A DNA stretch of 64,000 nt from Salinivirgaceae bacterium (GCA_024405635.1 JAKSOL010000008.1:32001-96000), one strand, 5' to 3'; shown: positions 1 through 10,819, numbered from the stretch's first letter. Made by a program: numbers and translations. The notes: generated by a model from the letters alone, not told the origin.

Positions 1-46
1 GAATACACGAACCATTTATTCCGAAGACTTAGTAAAAGCAATAAAG

Positions 47-1228
47 ATGAACATCGATAAGGTGAAAAAATCAAACATTTTTTCGCAAATACGAACCCTA
101 CGGCGCGACACCACTAACTTTTATCTGGTAAACGTAAAAGGCGACTCGATGCCAATTAGAATGTACAAAAACAACCCGCACGTTGTTCGAACATACATAA
201 CCGACATGATGGGAGGCGAAGAGCCTGTTATAATACGCGACATTCACCGCAATTCGTTTCGGCTTATAATAAACGAAAGCCCCGAACGAACCGATAACAA
301 TGTTGACATAACCAAGCAAGTGTTTGGCGAAATGTTAGCATCAAACACCAATAGGACATTATTAAGAGACCACCGACAACCTCCTCCTGAAACCAATTTT
401 TGGCGTAAAGGTGGAAAAGTGATGATTGATTTTGCTCAAATAGGACAAGTACATTGGGTAAAAGGTGACAAATCGTCAATTTCATTACAAACTCGCGTAA
501 CTCTATTTGCAAACTACAAACGAGGCTCGCACGAGTGGAACAACGATGGCGACTTTAAGTATGGCGCTATTCACCAAAAAGACAAAGGGCTTAGAACCAA
601 CAACGACCTTATAAGGGTGACCAGCAACTACGGTTACAAAGCCTTTTCAAAATTCTATTATAGTGCCCAAGGTGAATTTAAATCGCAGTTTGGCCCCATT
701 TACCAATACGATGGCGAAAACCACCGAACAGCTCTGCTTACACAGTTTTTTGCACCTGCTTGGCTCACATTTGGTGCTGGTATGGAATACAAGCGCAGCA
801 AAGATTTTACAATATTCGTATCACCTCTCACATCAAAAAATACATTTGTTATAAGTGACCAAAACAAAAAATTTCACGTAAACAAATCAACCTACAATAT
901 TGAGAAAGATAAAAGCGTGCGAAGTGAAACTGGTTTAAAATTAAAGTGCTATCACAAGACCAAAATACTTGAAGATGTTACAATATCTAACACTTTAGAA
1001 CTCTTTTCAAACTACTTCAACAACCCACAAAATATTGACGTTGACTGGAACTTTGAATCAACCATTCCAATAAACGAATACCTACAAGCAATGTTCTCGT
1101 TTGAGGCTATTTACGACGACGACATTGATGTGCCAACCAACAAAACTGACGAAAACGGTAAAGTTATAACAACAAAAGGCACTCAAATAAAAGAACAACT
1201 TAAGCTTGGATTTGTTTTCAAATTCTAG
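47..1228 (+). CDS. DUF3078-family outer-membrane beta-barrel protein; probably 5'-truncated by the window edge
   Basis: QFFAPAWLTFGAGMEY, LELFSNY, NIDVDWN and YDDD motifs; C-terminal F; frame is open back to base 2. Confidence 0.75.
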   Translation: MNIDKVKKSNIFSQIRTLRRDTTNFYLVNVKGDSMPIRMYKNNPHVVRTYITDMMGGEEPVIIRDIHRNSFRLIINESPERTDNNVDITKQVFGEMLASNTNRTLLRDHRQPPPETNFWRKGGKVMIDFAQIGQVHWVKGDKSSISLQTRVTLFANYKRGSHEWNNDGDFKYGAIHQKDKGLRTNNDLIRVTSNYGYKAFSKFYYSAQGEFKSQFGPIYQYDGENHRTALLTQFFAPAWLTFGAGMEYKRSKDFTIFVSPLTSKNTFVISDQNKKFHVNKSTYNIEKDKSVRSETGLKLKCYHKTKILEDVTISNTLELFSNYFNNPQNIDVDWNFESTIPINEYLQAMFSFEAIYDDDIDVPTNKTDENGKVITTKGTQIKEQLKLGFVFKF

Positions 1229-1279
1229 TTTTGTGCTACCCTTATTAAATCATTACTACTTTTGCAAAAAATCTTACAA

Positions 1280-3007
1280 ATGAAAAAATACACAGTCGCA
1301 TTAATCTGCATAATTCCAGCAGTATTATTGTTTTTATTTTACCAATTTCACTATTGGGGAATGCTCCACTACAGCGAGCAATACCAAATATTTTTATTTA
1401 CTAAGAAATTCCTATCTGACCATTTATGGTACCCAGGAGGAATAATGGATTACTTAGGACAATTCCTTACCCAATTTTTCATTTTTCGCTCTTGGGGAAG
1501 TATAATAATGGCTATTTGCTTTGGCTTAGGAACATATCTAGTTCATTTATTCACAAAAAGCACCAATGCCAATTACAACAAAGACCTACAAGCGCTCGTT
1601 TTGGTACCAATGGCGGCAACTTGGGCATTTATGGTTACCAACTACGCAAACCTTTCGTTTGCGCTATCCATGATTGTATCTATTGCCTTTGCCGTACTCT
1701 ACACTCGCATCAACAATAAATACTCAAACATAATTCTCTTACCATTAGTTTATTGGGCTACATGTTATGGCGTGTTTGTATATGCTGCCCTATGCCTAAT
1801 ATGGCACATTGGCAAAAAGCACAGCAACCTTTCGGCTCTCACATTGCTAACAGCTCTTTATGTTGCAGTAATTTTACTAACAACATACCACTTCAACTCA
1901 CTACGGTTCCATAGCCTATGTTTTGGTTGGCATTTTAATAAAAACCCAATTGAACACCTAAACAGCGAATTCTTTGCAATGATTGTAACAGTTGCAACAC
2001 CTGCAGCACTACTTTTCATTAACAAAGTGCAATACAAATGGATTATTAACGCAGTAATAGTTGCAGCATCGGTAGGTTACATTTACAAAATGCAAATGCC
2101 ACTAATGAATCAGATGTACAAATTGAACTACCACGCACAAAACGAACAATGGAAAAGCATTTTGAAATACGACGAAGAAAAACTGATTCGCCACGATTTG
2201 ACACTTGCAACCCGCAACCTTGCTTTAGCAAAAACCAACCGCTTGCTCGACGAAATGTTTGACATTGAGCAATCTGACTATCAATGCCTTTTGCCAGATT
2301 GGCACTACGACTTTGTAACACCAGTATTTCTTGGTGAAATAATGTACAATTTAAGCAATGTAAGTTTAGCTCAACGTTACTTCTCCGAGTGCAACAACGC
2401 AATATCTGACTATCAGAAATCAGCAAAATGCTATGTGCGAATGACCGAATGTTCAATGCTAAATCGCGAAGAAAAACTAACCCGAAAAAATGCCCGAATA
2501 CTACAGAATACATTGTTCTATAAAAATTTTGCGGACTCAATCTTATACATGTGCGACAACACAAATGAGATTATGAAAAACAAAAAATACTCGCAAATGA
2601 TTAACAATGGCTACAAAATTGATGCATTATACTTCAAAACCGAGCCAGAACAAATGTTAAAAATTCAACTATTAGGCTCACCTCGCAACTATGTAGCCGT
2701 ACAATACCTGCTAGCTCTAAATTTGATTCGCAAAGACTTAGACGCGTTAATGCAAAACATGCAGTACTTGAAACCCTTTAACCCCAACTCAACACCACGA
2801 TACGTAGCTCAAGCACTAACAATTGTTTGGTACGAGTCAAAAAACAAAAACATAAACATCCCTGAGATATATAAACGCGAGATAACTGAGTTTATGCAAT
2901 TTGCACAAAACAATAGTTTTTCAGAAGTGACTGACCGCTACAAAAACTCATACTACTTCCATTATTATTGTAAAGATTACAAAAATGAAATATCTGCAGA
3001 AAATTAG
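1280..3007 (+). CDS. DUF6057-family multi-pass membrane protein
   Basis: EQYQIF...YPGG...FLTQFF N-terminal motif, many TM segments, soluble C-terminal region; usual partner of the downstream TolB-like gene. Confidence 0.75.
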   Translation: MKKYTVALICIIPAVLLFLFYQFHYWGMLHYSEQYQIFLFTKKFLSDHLWYPGGIMDYLGQFLTQFFIFRSWGSIIMAICFGLGTYLVHLFTKSTNANYNKDLQALVLVPMAATWAFMVTNYANLSFALSMIVSIAFAVLYTRINNKYSNIILLPLVYWATCYGVFVYAALCLIWHIGKKHSNLSALTLLTALYVAVILLTTYHFNSLRFHSLCFGWHFNKNPIEHLNSEFFAMIVTVATPAALLFINKVQYKWIINAVIVAASVGYIYKMQMPLMNQMYKLNYHAQNEQWKSILKYDEEKLIRHDLTLATRNLALAKTNRLLDEMFDIEQSDYQCLLPDWHYDFVTPVFLGEIMYNLSNVSLAQRYFSECNNAISDYQKSAKCYVRMTECSMLNREEKLTRKNARILQNTLFYKNFADSILYMCDNTNEIMKNKKYSQMINNGYKIDALYFKTEPEQMLKIQLLGSPRNYVAVQYLLALNLIRKDLDALMQNMQYLKPFNPNSTPRYVAQALTIVWYESKNKNINIPEIYKREITEFMQFAQNNSFSEVTDRYKNSYYFHYYCKDYKNEISAEN

Positions 3008-4460
3008 TGCGTTACTAATCGCCATAAGTTTATACTCATGTGGCAACGAAGAAGTTGATATCGTTAGCCAAATTGATAGCTATCCAGCCATTTACCCCGA
3101 TTACATAGGTGTAACTGTGCCAGTCAATATCTGTCCGCTCAATTTTGACCTTCAATCGTATGAATATCAAAAACTTGACGTAACCATTTCGTGCGGCAAC
3201 GACGAACTACACTACCAAAACAATGGTGCTATTGAAATTGACGAAAACAAATGGCACAAGTTATTAGCAAACCACACAATGGACAGCATTAAAGTTGAAG
3301 TTGCTGTTAAGATAGACGACAATTGGTATGGCCTAAAACCCTTCCACTTTTTTGTCGATAGTTCGAAACTCGACTATAGCATTGTGTACCGCCGAATTGC
3401 ACCTGCCTATGGTGTATTTTCCGACATTGGCATTTACCAACGCGAGATTAGTAGCTTTAAAGAATCCAACATCATTAATAGCAATCAATTGCAAAATGCG
3501 TGCATGAACTGCCACGCATTTAACCGTACTAATCCCGACAATATGCTGTTGCACATACGTGGCGAAATTTCTGGAACCATATACAAAAACAACGACACAG
3601 CCGAAATATATATCACTAAAACCGATAGTACCCTCAACAACTTTGCATATTCGTACTATCATCCAAATGGCCGATACATTGCATCAAGCATGAACACCAC
3701 TCGCCAAGTGTTCCGCACAGGACACTACCAACGACTTGATGTATTTGACTACCAAGCCGACATTGCAGTTTACGACCGCCTAACTTCAGAAATTTTGCCT
3801 GCTCCACACATCAAAACCAATGAGTTTTACGAAGATTTTCCAGTATTCTCAGCCGACGGCAAAAAAATTTATTTCTCGCGTTGCAAACTCGATAAACTAC
3901 CAGAGAATTTCCAAAAACTAAAATTCGACTTGTGCAGCGTGGACTTTGATGAAGAAACACGCACTATAGGCAAAGAAATAACCACCGTTATCAACGCCAA
4001 AAGCATGAATCTATCAGCAACCGAACCTCGTCCAAGCTACGACGGCAAATACATTATGTTCTGCATGATGGAGTATGGCGATTTTGCAATTTGGCACCGC
4101 AAATCCGACCTTTGGATATACGACATAGAGAAAGATACAAGTTATTGCCTAACCGCAGCCAATAGCACAGAAAGCGAAGCTTATCATAGTTGGAGCAAAG
4201 ACAACAAATGGTTTGTGTTTACATCTCGCCGGGGCGATGCCCTATACACTCAACTTTACTTTGCAAAAATGAACCCAGACGGAACTTGCACAAAACCATT
4301 CCTTCTACCTCAACGCAATCCTAAAGTTTATCAAGACGAAAATACACACTCATTTAATTGTCCAGAGTTTTGTAGCAAACCTTTGCCACTCAACAAATCT
4401 GAAATATTTGAAATGGCTTATAGCAAAGAACGCAAACACGTAAAATTCCTAACAGAATAA
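2985..4460 (+). CDS. TolB-like/PD40 beta-propeller lipoprotein with CxxCH motif
   Basis: Lipobox LYSC; IYPDY...P.NI.PLNF; CMNCH; PVFSADGK, PSYDGK and HSWSKD repeats. Confidence 0.8.
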   Translation: MKYLQKISALLIAISLYSCGNEEVDIVSQIDSYPAIYPDYIGVTVPVNICPLNFDLQSYEYQKLDVTISCGNDELHYQNNGAIEIDENKWHKLLANHTMDSIKVEVAVKIDDNWYGLKPFHFFVDSSKLDYSIVYRRIAPAYGVFSDIGIYQREISSFKESNIINSNQLQNACMNCHAFNRTNPDNMLLHIRGEISGTIYKNNDTAEIYITKTDSTLNNFAYSYYHPNGRYIASSMNTTRQVFRTGHYQRLDVFDYQADIAVYDRLTSEILPAPHIKTNEFYEDFPVFSADGKKIYFSRCKLDKLPENFQKLKFDLCSVDFDEETRTIGKEITTVINAKSMNLSATEPRPSYDGKYIMFCMMEYGDFAIWHRKSDLWIYDIEKDTSYCLTAANSTESEAYHSWSKDNKWFVFTSRRGDALYTQLYFAKMNPDGTCTKPFLLPQRNPKVYQDENTHSFNCPEFCSKPLPLNKSEIFEMAYSKERKHVKFLTE

Positions 4461-4470
4461 CACTAAAAAC

Positions 4471-4507
4471 AAAACGGGAAGACTCCATTAAGACTCTTCC
4501 CGTTTTT
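4471..4507. terminator. Bidirectional intrinsic terminator
   Basis: AAAACGGGAAGA...TCTTCCCGTTTTT inverted repeat between convergent genes. Confidence 0.75.
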
Positions 4508-4528
4508 ATTTAAAGCAAAGTTTAAAAA

Positions 4529-4738
4529 TCAATTTGCCATAACATCAACCACTCCCAAAAGCTCAGTTTTAACAGAATAATGAGTTTTAGCAAAAGCCAT
4601 CACCTTATCAACCGAAGATTGTCTAGGCGACAAATCGCTCTCAACAAAATCTAGCAATTTAGAATAAGGAACAGCATCGTTTTCGTCATTCATCTTTTCT
4701 TTAAAAAACAATGAAACATTAGTAGTTTTTTCACCCAT
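4529..4738 (-). CDS. Small hypothetical protein (69 aa)
   Basis: ATG start, ends at a terminator; P-x4-D-x-(V/I)-x2-(F/Y)-(A/S)-K...N C-terminus recalls small conserved Bacteroidota proteins. Confidence 0.55.
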   Translation of the reverse strand: MGEKTTNVSLFFKEKMNDENDAVPYSKLLDFVESDLSPRQSSVDKVMAFAKTHYSVKTELLGVVDVMAN

Positions 4739-4835
4739 AAGCAGTTTTTTATAAAGTTACTTCTGAATAACGGCATATAGTTCAATATATTTTACACCAC
4801 ATAAAAAAAAGACCCAACATTAAAACAAAATAAAC

Positions 4836-5327
4836 ATGCAAGACATAGCCAACCAAATAGGAATTAAACTACTAAAAAACAAACAGACAATAGCCACCGC
4901 CGAAAGTTGCACAGGAGGAAATATTGCCCACCAGATAACACTAATACCCGGTAGCTCAGCATGGTACAAAGGTTCGATAATATCGTACGCTTGCGAAGTA
5001 AAAGAGAACATACTAAAAGTACCACATCAGCAAATTGAAACCTATGGCGTTGTAAGTACACAAGTAGCCGAATCGATGGCAAACGGTGTACGCACACTTT
5101 TAAATGTTGATTATGCAATAGCAACAACAGGAATTGCGGGGCCAACAGGAGGAAATGAACAAACACCTGTAGGCACAGTTTGCATTGCAATAGCAACACC
5201 ACAAAAAGTAGTTTCAAAGACCATTATTGCAGGCAATCAACGACACCAAAACATAGAAACATTTACACATGAAGCATTAAAATTTTTGCTTAACGAAATT
5301 ACAGTTAGCGACTGCAACAAGCAATAA
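4836..5327 (+). CDS. CinA C-terminal/PncC nicotinamide-nucleotide amidohydrolase
   Basis: TAESCTGG, PGSS, GVVS and TTGIAGPTGG motifs. Confidence 0.9.
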   Translation: MQDIANQIGIKLLKNKQTIATAESCTGGNIAHQITLIPGSSAWYKGSIISYACEVKENILKVPHQQIETYGVVSTQVAESMANGVRTLLNVDYAIATTGIAGPTGGNEQTPVGTVCIAIATPQKVVSKTIIAGNQRHQNIETFTHEALKFLLNEITVSDCNKQ

Positions 5328-5460
5328 ATCAACATATTGCACAACCATTATCACAACTCTTAAAATAGTGGATTTTTTTAGAGCAAACACTTGTTTTTTT
5401 GAATAAAAAGCACGTATTTTGCGAACCGATTTTTGAAAGAAAACCACAATAAATATTACG

Positions 5461-5703
5461 ATGTCAAGAGTTTGTCAAGTAACAGGAAAAAGAAGCATGG
5501 TAGGCAACAATGTTAGCCACTCAAATCTTAAAACCAAGAGAAAATTCCATGCCAATCTATTCAACAAGAAATTCTACTATCCAGAAGAAGATCGTTGGAT
5601 TACATTAAAAGTATCAGCCGCAGGTCTGAGAAACATTAACAAAAAAGGTCTTGCAGCAGTGCTGAAAGAAGCAACCGCAGCAGGTTTAATTAACAAGATT
5701 TAA
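5461..5703 (+). CDS. rpmB: 50S ribosomal protein L28
   Basis: [11 protein letters not shown]...GNNVSHS..KTKRKF. Confidence 0.97.
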   Translation: MSRVCQVTGKRSMVGNNVSHSNLKTKRKFHANLFNKKFYYPEEDRWITLKVSAAGLRNINKKGLAAVLKEATAAGLINKI

Positions 5704-5714
5704 TACATAAAGAG

Positions 5715-5897
5715 ATGGCTAAGAAAGGCAATAGAGTTCAAGTTATCTTGGAATGCACCGAGCAAAAAGAGACTGGTGTCCCTGGAACATCAAGATACAT
5801 CACAACAAAGAATAGAAAAAATACCGCTGAGCGCTTGGAGTTGAAAAAATACAACCCAAACCTTAAGAGAGTAACTCTTCATAAAGAAATTAAATAG
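5715..5897 (+). CDS. rpmG: 50S ribosomal protein L33
   Basis: [16 protein letters not shown]...[22 protein letters not shown]. Confidence 0.97.
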   Translation: MAKKGNRVQVILECTEQKETGVPGTSRYITTKNRKNTAERLELKKYNPNLKRVTLHKEIK

Positions 5898-5905
5898 TAT
5901 AAATC

Positions 5906-6058
5906 ATGGCAAAGAAAGTTGTTGCAACCCTTAAGACTGGCGATTCAAAAGGATTTGCCAAGGTTATTAAAATGGTAAAATCGCCAAAAACTGGCGCATA
6001 CCAATTCAAAGAGGATATCGTTAACACCGAGCGTGTAAAAGATTTCTTCAAGAAATAA
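5906..6058 (+). CDS. DUF4295 small protein (50 aa; absent from ORF track)
   Basis: Hand translation MAKKVVATLKTGDSKGFAKVIKMVKSPKTGAYQFKEDIVNTERVKDFFKK; conserved position after rpmG in Bacteroidota. Confidence 0.9.
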   Translation: MAKKVVATLKTGDSKGFAKVIKMVKSPKTGAYQFKEDIVNTERVKDFFKK

Positions 6059-6078
6059 GATATTTTGCGATTCGCATC

Positions 6079-6114
6079 AAAAGCTTTCCTCGCTACGCGA
6101 AGAAAGCTTTTTTT
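6079..6114 (+). terminator. Intrinsic terminator of the rpmB-rpmG-DUF4295 unit
   Basis: AAAAGCTTTC...GAAAGCTTTT followed by a T-tract. Confidence 0.75.
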
Positions 6115-6148
6115 GTATTTTTGAGCATCAACTCACCAATTTATAACA

Positions 6149-7081
6149 ATGGGTATTTTTTCAATTTTTCAAAAAGAACGGCTTGACCAAGGTTTGGCCA
6201 AAACAAAAGAAAGCGTGCTTAAAAGAATTTCGCGCGCCATTGTAGGTAAGTCAACCGTAGATGACGACGTGCTTGACGATTTGGAAGAAGCCCTTATTAC
6301 TTCAGATGTTGGTGTTGACACTACTTTAAAAATTATTGAAAGCATTCAGTCGCGAGCAAAAAACGACAAATACCTAGGAACTAGTGAATTAAACAACATT
6401 CTACGCGACGAAATTGTTAAACTAATTGCAAACAAAAACACCCAATCTGATATAAAAACCGAAGATGGTTACCCTTATGTAATTTTGGTTGTTGGTGTTA
6501 ATGGCGCTGGAAAAACAACAACAATAGGCAAACTTGCCCACAAGTTTAAAAGCGAGGGCAAAAAAGTTTACATCGGAGCTGCCGACACTTTTAGAGCTGC
6601 CGCTATTGAACAACTTGAAGTTTGGGCCCAACGTGTTGATGTCCCAATTATTAAACAAAAAATGGGATCCGACCCTGCATCTGTTGCATTTGACGCATTA
6701 AGTTCTGCCACCAAAAATGGCGCCGACGTTGTGATTATTGACACCGCAGGCCGACTACATAACAAAGTGAACTTGATGAACGAGCTATCAAAAGTGCGCA
6801 AGGTTATGCAAAAAATAAATGTTAATGCTCCTCACGAAGTTATGCTTGTACTTGACGGCTCAACTGGACAAAATGCCTTTGAACAAGCAAAACAATTCAC
6901 TTTGGCAACCGAAGTAACTTCGTTAGCCATTACTAAACTCGACGGCACTGCAAAAGGTGGTGTTGTTATAGGCATTAGCGACCAATTCAAAATTCCCGTT
7001 AAATACATTGGTGTTGGCGAAGGCATTGACGACCTACAAGCATTTGATGCAGAAGCCTTTGTAAACACACTTTTCTCATAA
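6149..7081 (+). CDS. ftsY: Signal recognition particle receptor FtsY
   Basis: GVNGAGKTTT, DTFRAAA, DTAGR, TKLDGTAKGG. Confidence 0.97.
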   Translation: MGIFSIFQKERLDQGLAKTKESVLKRISRAIVGKSTVDDDVLDDLEEALITSDVGVDTTLKIIESIQSRAKNDKYLGTSELNNILRDEIVKLIANKNTQSDIKTEDGYPYVILVVGVNGAGKTTTIGKLAHKFKSEGKKVYIGAADTFRAAAIEQLEVWAQRVDVPIIKQKMGSDPASVAFDALSSATKNGADVVIIDTAGRLHNKVNLMNELSKVRKVMQKINVNAPHEVMLVLDGSTGQNAFEQAKQFTLATEVTSLAITKLDGTAKGGVVIGISDQFKIPVKYIGVGEGIDDLQAFDAEAFVNTLFS

Positions 7082-7088
7082 TACCATT

Positions 7089-8384
7089 ATGCCAAAAAGC
7101 GTAAACATATTCACCATGGGTTGCTCAAAAAACAGAGTTGACTCAGAAATGCTTATTCGCCAACTTACCGAAAATGGTTACGATGTTTACTATGAGGCCG
7201 AAAAGGGTAAATACGACTACGTAGCCATCAATACTTGCGGTTTTATTGACGATGCAAAAACAGAATCAATTGAAATAATACTCCATTATATTGAAGAAAA
7301 AGCCAAGAAAAAAGTTGGCAAAATTGTAGTATTTGGCTGTTTAAGTGAACGTTACAAAAACGATCTTATACAAGAAATGCCAGAAGTGGATGCTTGGTTT
7401 GGGAAATTTGAACTAGAAAAAATGCTTAACTACTTTGGTGCAAAGTACTACGACAACCTAATGCCGATGCGAACTGTTACCACACCAAAGCATTATGCAT
7501 ACGTAAAAATTTCAGAAGGATGCAACCGAACTTGTTCATTTTGCGCCATACCTCGCATTACTGGATGTTACAAATCGCGTAAAATGGAAGACATTATGGC
7601 TGAATGCCAATGTCTTGTAAACCAAGGAGCTAAAGAACTTATTCTAATTGCACAAGATTTGTCGTTTTATGGTTGCGACATTTACAAAAAACCTATGCTC
7701 GCCCAACTGATGGAGCAAATTGCCACCCAAATTAAAGGTTTGCATTGGCTACGAATTCATTACACATATCCAGCACACTTCCCTCTTGATGTACTCGATG
7801 TAATGGCCAAATATCCAAACATCTGTAAGTACATTGATATTGCGCTGCAGCACATAAGTACACCCGTGCTAAAAGCTATGCGCCGAAACATCGGAAAACA
7901 AGAAACCTTGGAACTTATTGATCAATTTCGCAAACGAGTACCCGGTTTAACATTGCGTACCACTTTGCTAGTTGGTCACCCTGGCGAAACCGAAGATGAT
8001 TTTGAACAGTTAGTGGACTTTGTTAAAAGTGTAAGATTTGATCGTTTAGGTGTTTTTGCATATTCAAACGAAGAAGGAACATACGCATTTGAAAACTACG
8101 ACGATAATATTCCGCAAGAAATAAAACAGCAACGTGTTGATGCAATAATGGAACTTCAACAAAAGATTTCGACCGAAATAAATCAACAAAAAATAGGAAA
8201 AGAAATTGAGGTGCTGATTGACAGAAAAGAAGGCGACTATTATGTTGGTCGTAGCCAAGGCGATTCGCCCGATGTTGATGGCGAAGTGTTGGTTGACGCA
8301 TCGGCAAAACTAAAATTAGGCGATTTTATAACTGCCAAAGTTTACGATGCAGACGAATATGATCTTTATGCTCAAATATTATAA
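7089..8384 (+). CDS. rimO: Ribosomal protein S12 methylthiotransferase
   Basis: GCSKNRVDSE, NTCGFI, radical SAM motif CNRTCSFC, C-terminal TRAM domain. Confidence 0.95.
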   Translation: MPKSVNIFTMGCSKNRVDSEMLIRQLTENGYDVYYEAEKGKYDYVAINTCGFIDDAKTESIEIILHYIEEKAKKKVGKIVVFGCLSERYKNDLIQEMPEVDAWFGKFELEKMLNYFGAKYYDNLMPMRTVTTPKHYAYVKISEGCNRTCSFCAIPRITGCYKSRKMEDIMAECQCLVNQGAKELILIAQDLSFYGCDIYKKPMLAQLMEQIATQIKGLHWLRIHYTYPAHFPLDVLDVMAKYPNICKYIDIALQHISTPVLKAMRRNIGKQETLELIDQFRKRVPGLTLRTTLLVGHPGETEDDFEQLVDFVKSVRFDRLGVFAYSNEEGTYAFENYDDNIPQEIKQQRVDAIMELQQKISTEINQQKIGKEIEVLIDRKEGDYYVGRSQGDSPDVDGEVLVDASAKLKLGDFITAKVYDADEYDLYAQIL

Positions 8385-8444
8385 ACGGAGTAATTGAATA
8401 ATTTATATTTTAGAGGTCGTTACTAATACAATTAATCAATAAAT

Positions 8445-8879
8445 ATGGTAAACAAAGTTATTTTAGTAGGCAACGTAGGCAAGGATCCTGAAGTTCGCCA
8501 CCTAGACAATGGTGCAACCGTAGCATCATTTACACTTGCAACAACCGAAAGAGGTTACAAAACAGCAAACGGAACCGAAGTTCCTGAACGTACAGAATGG
8601 CACAACATTGTTGTGTGGCGCGGTTTGGCCGATGTTGCTGAAAAGTATGTAAGAAAAGGATCTCAACTATACATTGAGGGTAAAATTACTTATAGATCAT
8701 ACGATGCGAAAGATGGCGGTGGTAAACGCTACGTAACTGAAATTGTTGCCGACACAATGAATATGCTTGGCCGCAAAGGCGAAGGTTCAAGCAACAATGG
8801 CGGATATGCAGCAAGCGCAGCTGAACCTCAACCTTCGTTTGGTAATGCCCCAGAGCCAACTGACGACTTGCCATTTTAG
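8445..8879 (+). CDS. ssb: Single-stranded DNA-binding protein
   Basis: NKVILVGNVGKDPE; C-terminal DDLPF. Confidence 0.97.
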   Translation: MVNKVILVGNVGKDPEVRHLDNGATVASFTLATTERGYKTANGTEVPERTEWHNIVVWRGLADVAEKYVRKGSQLYIEGKITYRSYDAKDGGGKRYVTEIVADTMNMLGRKGEGSSNNGGYAASAAEPQPSFGNAPEPTDDLPF

Positions 8880-8899
8880 TTGAACGAACACATTAAATT

Positions 8900-10234
8900 T
8901 TGGAACCTGATTCTTGTACACAAGAGGTAGTACCTGTCGCGGCGGGTATTACCTCCTTTTTTTCAATTCCCGAGCATACTCTTTTTCTTGCCGGAATATT
9001 TATAGCATTGTTTGCTTGCCTTATCTCAGGCAGCAAAATGGCGTTTGCACACCACGATAAAAAACGCCTTCAACAATTAAAAGGTCAAAAAAGCATTTCT
9101 GCAAAAGCCGCTATTAAACTAATAGAGAAACCCGAGTCGGCTCTTGCAGTTACATTAGTTGCTAATAGTATCAACTACTTATTACTATTAGTAATATGGT
9201 TATACTGCTCCGATACCCTATTCAATCATATTCACCCAAAGTCGTTGGCTCTATCGCTACAAATATCAATTGTGGCAACCTTCATTCTTTTAATTTGTGA
9301 ATTGATTCCTAAAATGCATGCAAAACAACATCCATTTTTCTATATCAACATAATGGCTGCACCGTTGTTTGTGTTAAACAAAATACTGAAACCAATAACC
9401 TACATCATAGCACGAAACAATCAACGTATTGAAAATCAATTAAATAAAGACCAGTCGCAATTAATGGACGAATTGTCTGATGCAATTGAAAACCCATCAG
9501 AAACATTGAACAACGAGCGCGACATGTTGAAAGGAATCATTGAATTTGGCAACATCGAAGTGTCAGAAATCATGTGTCCTCGCGTTGATATGATGGCAAT
9601 TGAAGCAAATGAAACATTTGACCAAGTGCTTAAAAAAATAACCACATCAGGCTACTCGCGCATACCAGTTTACACAAAAACACTCGACCAAGTAACTGGA
9701 ATTCTGTACATTAAAGATTTAATGCCACACATTGGCAAACGCGATTTTGATTGGGTTAAGCTAATACGCCAACCGCACTTTGTGCCCGAAAACAAAAAGA
9801 TAAACGAATTGTTAGAAGAACTTCAAATGCAAAAGAACCACATGGCAATTGCAGTTGATGAATATGGTGGCACATCGGGACTGGTTACCATGGAAGACAT
9901 TATTGAAATGATTGTGGGCGACATATCGGACGAATTTGACGATGAAGAATCAAACTATACAAAACTTGACGACCACACATACATTTTCAAAGGCAAAACT
10001 CTAATTCCCGACTTTTGCGATGTTTTTGGTCTTGATGCCAACACCTTTAATGAACAGCAAGGAGAATCGGAATCGCTTGCTGGGCTAATTCTTGAAATGA
10101 AAGGAGAGCTGCCTCGCAAGAACGAAAAATTTGAATGCGGAAACTTTAACTTTACTGTTGACGAAGTTGATCGCCGACGCATCACCTCAATTCGAGTTGA
10201 AGTAAAAAACAATCCTGAAATTGAAGATAAATAA
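8900..10234 (+). CDS. gldE: Gliding motility protein GldE (CNNM-CBS-CorC)
   Basis: ELIPK, GYSRIPVY, VDEYGGTSG; adjacent to gldD. Confidence 0.85.
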   Translation: MEPDSCTQEVVPVAAGITSFFSIPEHTLFLAGIFIALFACLISGSKMAFAHHDKKRLQQLKGQKSISAKAAIKLIEKPESALAVTLVANSINYLLLLVIWLYCSDTLFNHIHPKSLALSLQISIVATFILLICELIPKMHAKQHPFFYINIMAAPLFVLNKILKPITYIIARNNQRIENQLNKDQSQLMDELSDAIENPSETLNNERDMLKGIIEFGNIEVSEIMCPRVDMMAIEANETFDQVLKKITTSGYSRIPVYTKTLDQVTGILYIKDLMPHIGKRDFDWVKLIRQPHFVPENKKINELLEELQMQKNHMAIAVDEYGGTSGLVTMEDIIEMIVGDISDEFDDEESNYTKLDDHTYIFKGKTLIPDFCDVFGLDANTFNEQQGESESLAGLILEMKGELPRKNEKFECGNFNFTVDEVDRRRITSIRVEVKNNPEIEDK

Positions 10235-10240
10235 CTAATT

Positions 10241-10819
10241 ATGAGAAGGATACTATTCATGATGTGTGCTATTGTTGCACTGCAAGCTTGCAATAATGAC
10301 TACACCCCAAAACCAAAGGGATATTTTAGGATTGACCTTCCCGAAAAAAACTACACCCGCATTTCTGAACCTATTCCCTATTCATTTGAGATTCCTCAAT
10401 ATGCTGTATTCGAATTAAGAAAAACCCACAATCTTGATGAAAAATATTGGGCTGACATAACTTTTAAGTCAATGAAAGCCAAAGTTCACCTTAGCTACAA
10501 AAAAGTAAACGGCAATCTTGACGAATACACAAACGACTCTCGCAGTTTTGTTTACAAACACACAATAAAAGCCGATGCCATTGGCGAAATGGCATACTCA
10601 AATGAAGACGATAATGTATTTGGCACTTTTTACGAAATAAAAGGAGATGCTGCGTCAAACGTACAATTCTATTTAACCGATAGCGCAAAAAACTTTGTTC
10701 GCGGCGCACTATACTTTGATGTTGTTCCAAACAAAGATTCATTGGCTCCTGTTTTGTCTTTCATTTCTGAAGACGTAAAACATTTGATCGAAACTTTTAA
10801 GTGGGAAAAATGCCGATAG
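10241..10819 (+). CDS. gldD: Gliding motility lipoprotein GldD
   Basis: LQAC lipobox; PKPKGYFRID, KHTIKAD, GDAASNVQFYLTDS, RGALYF. Confidence 0.92.
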   Translation: MRRILFMMCAIVALQACNNDYTPKPKGYFRIDLPEKNYTRISEPIPYSFEIPQYAVFELRKTHNLDEKYWADITFKSMKAKVHLSYKKVNGNLDEYTNDSRSFVYKHTIKADAIGEMAYSNEDDNVFGTFYEIKGDAASNVQFYLTDSAKNFVRGALYFDVVPNKDSLAPVLSFISEDVKHLIETFKWEKCR

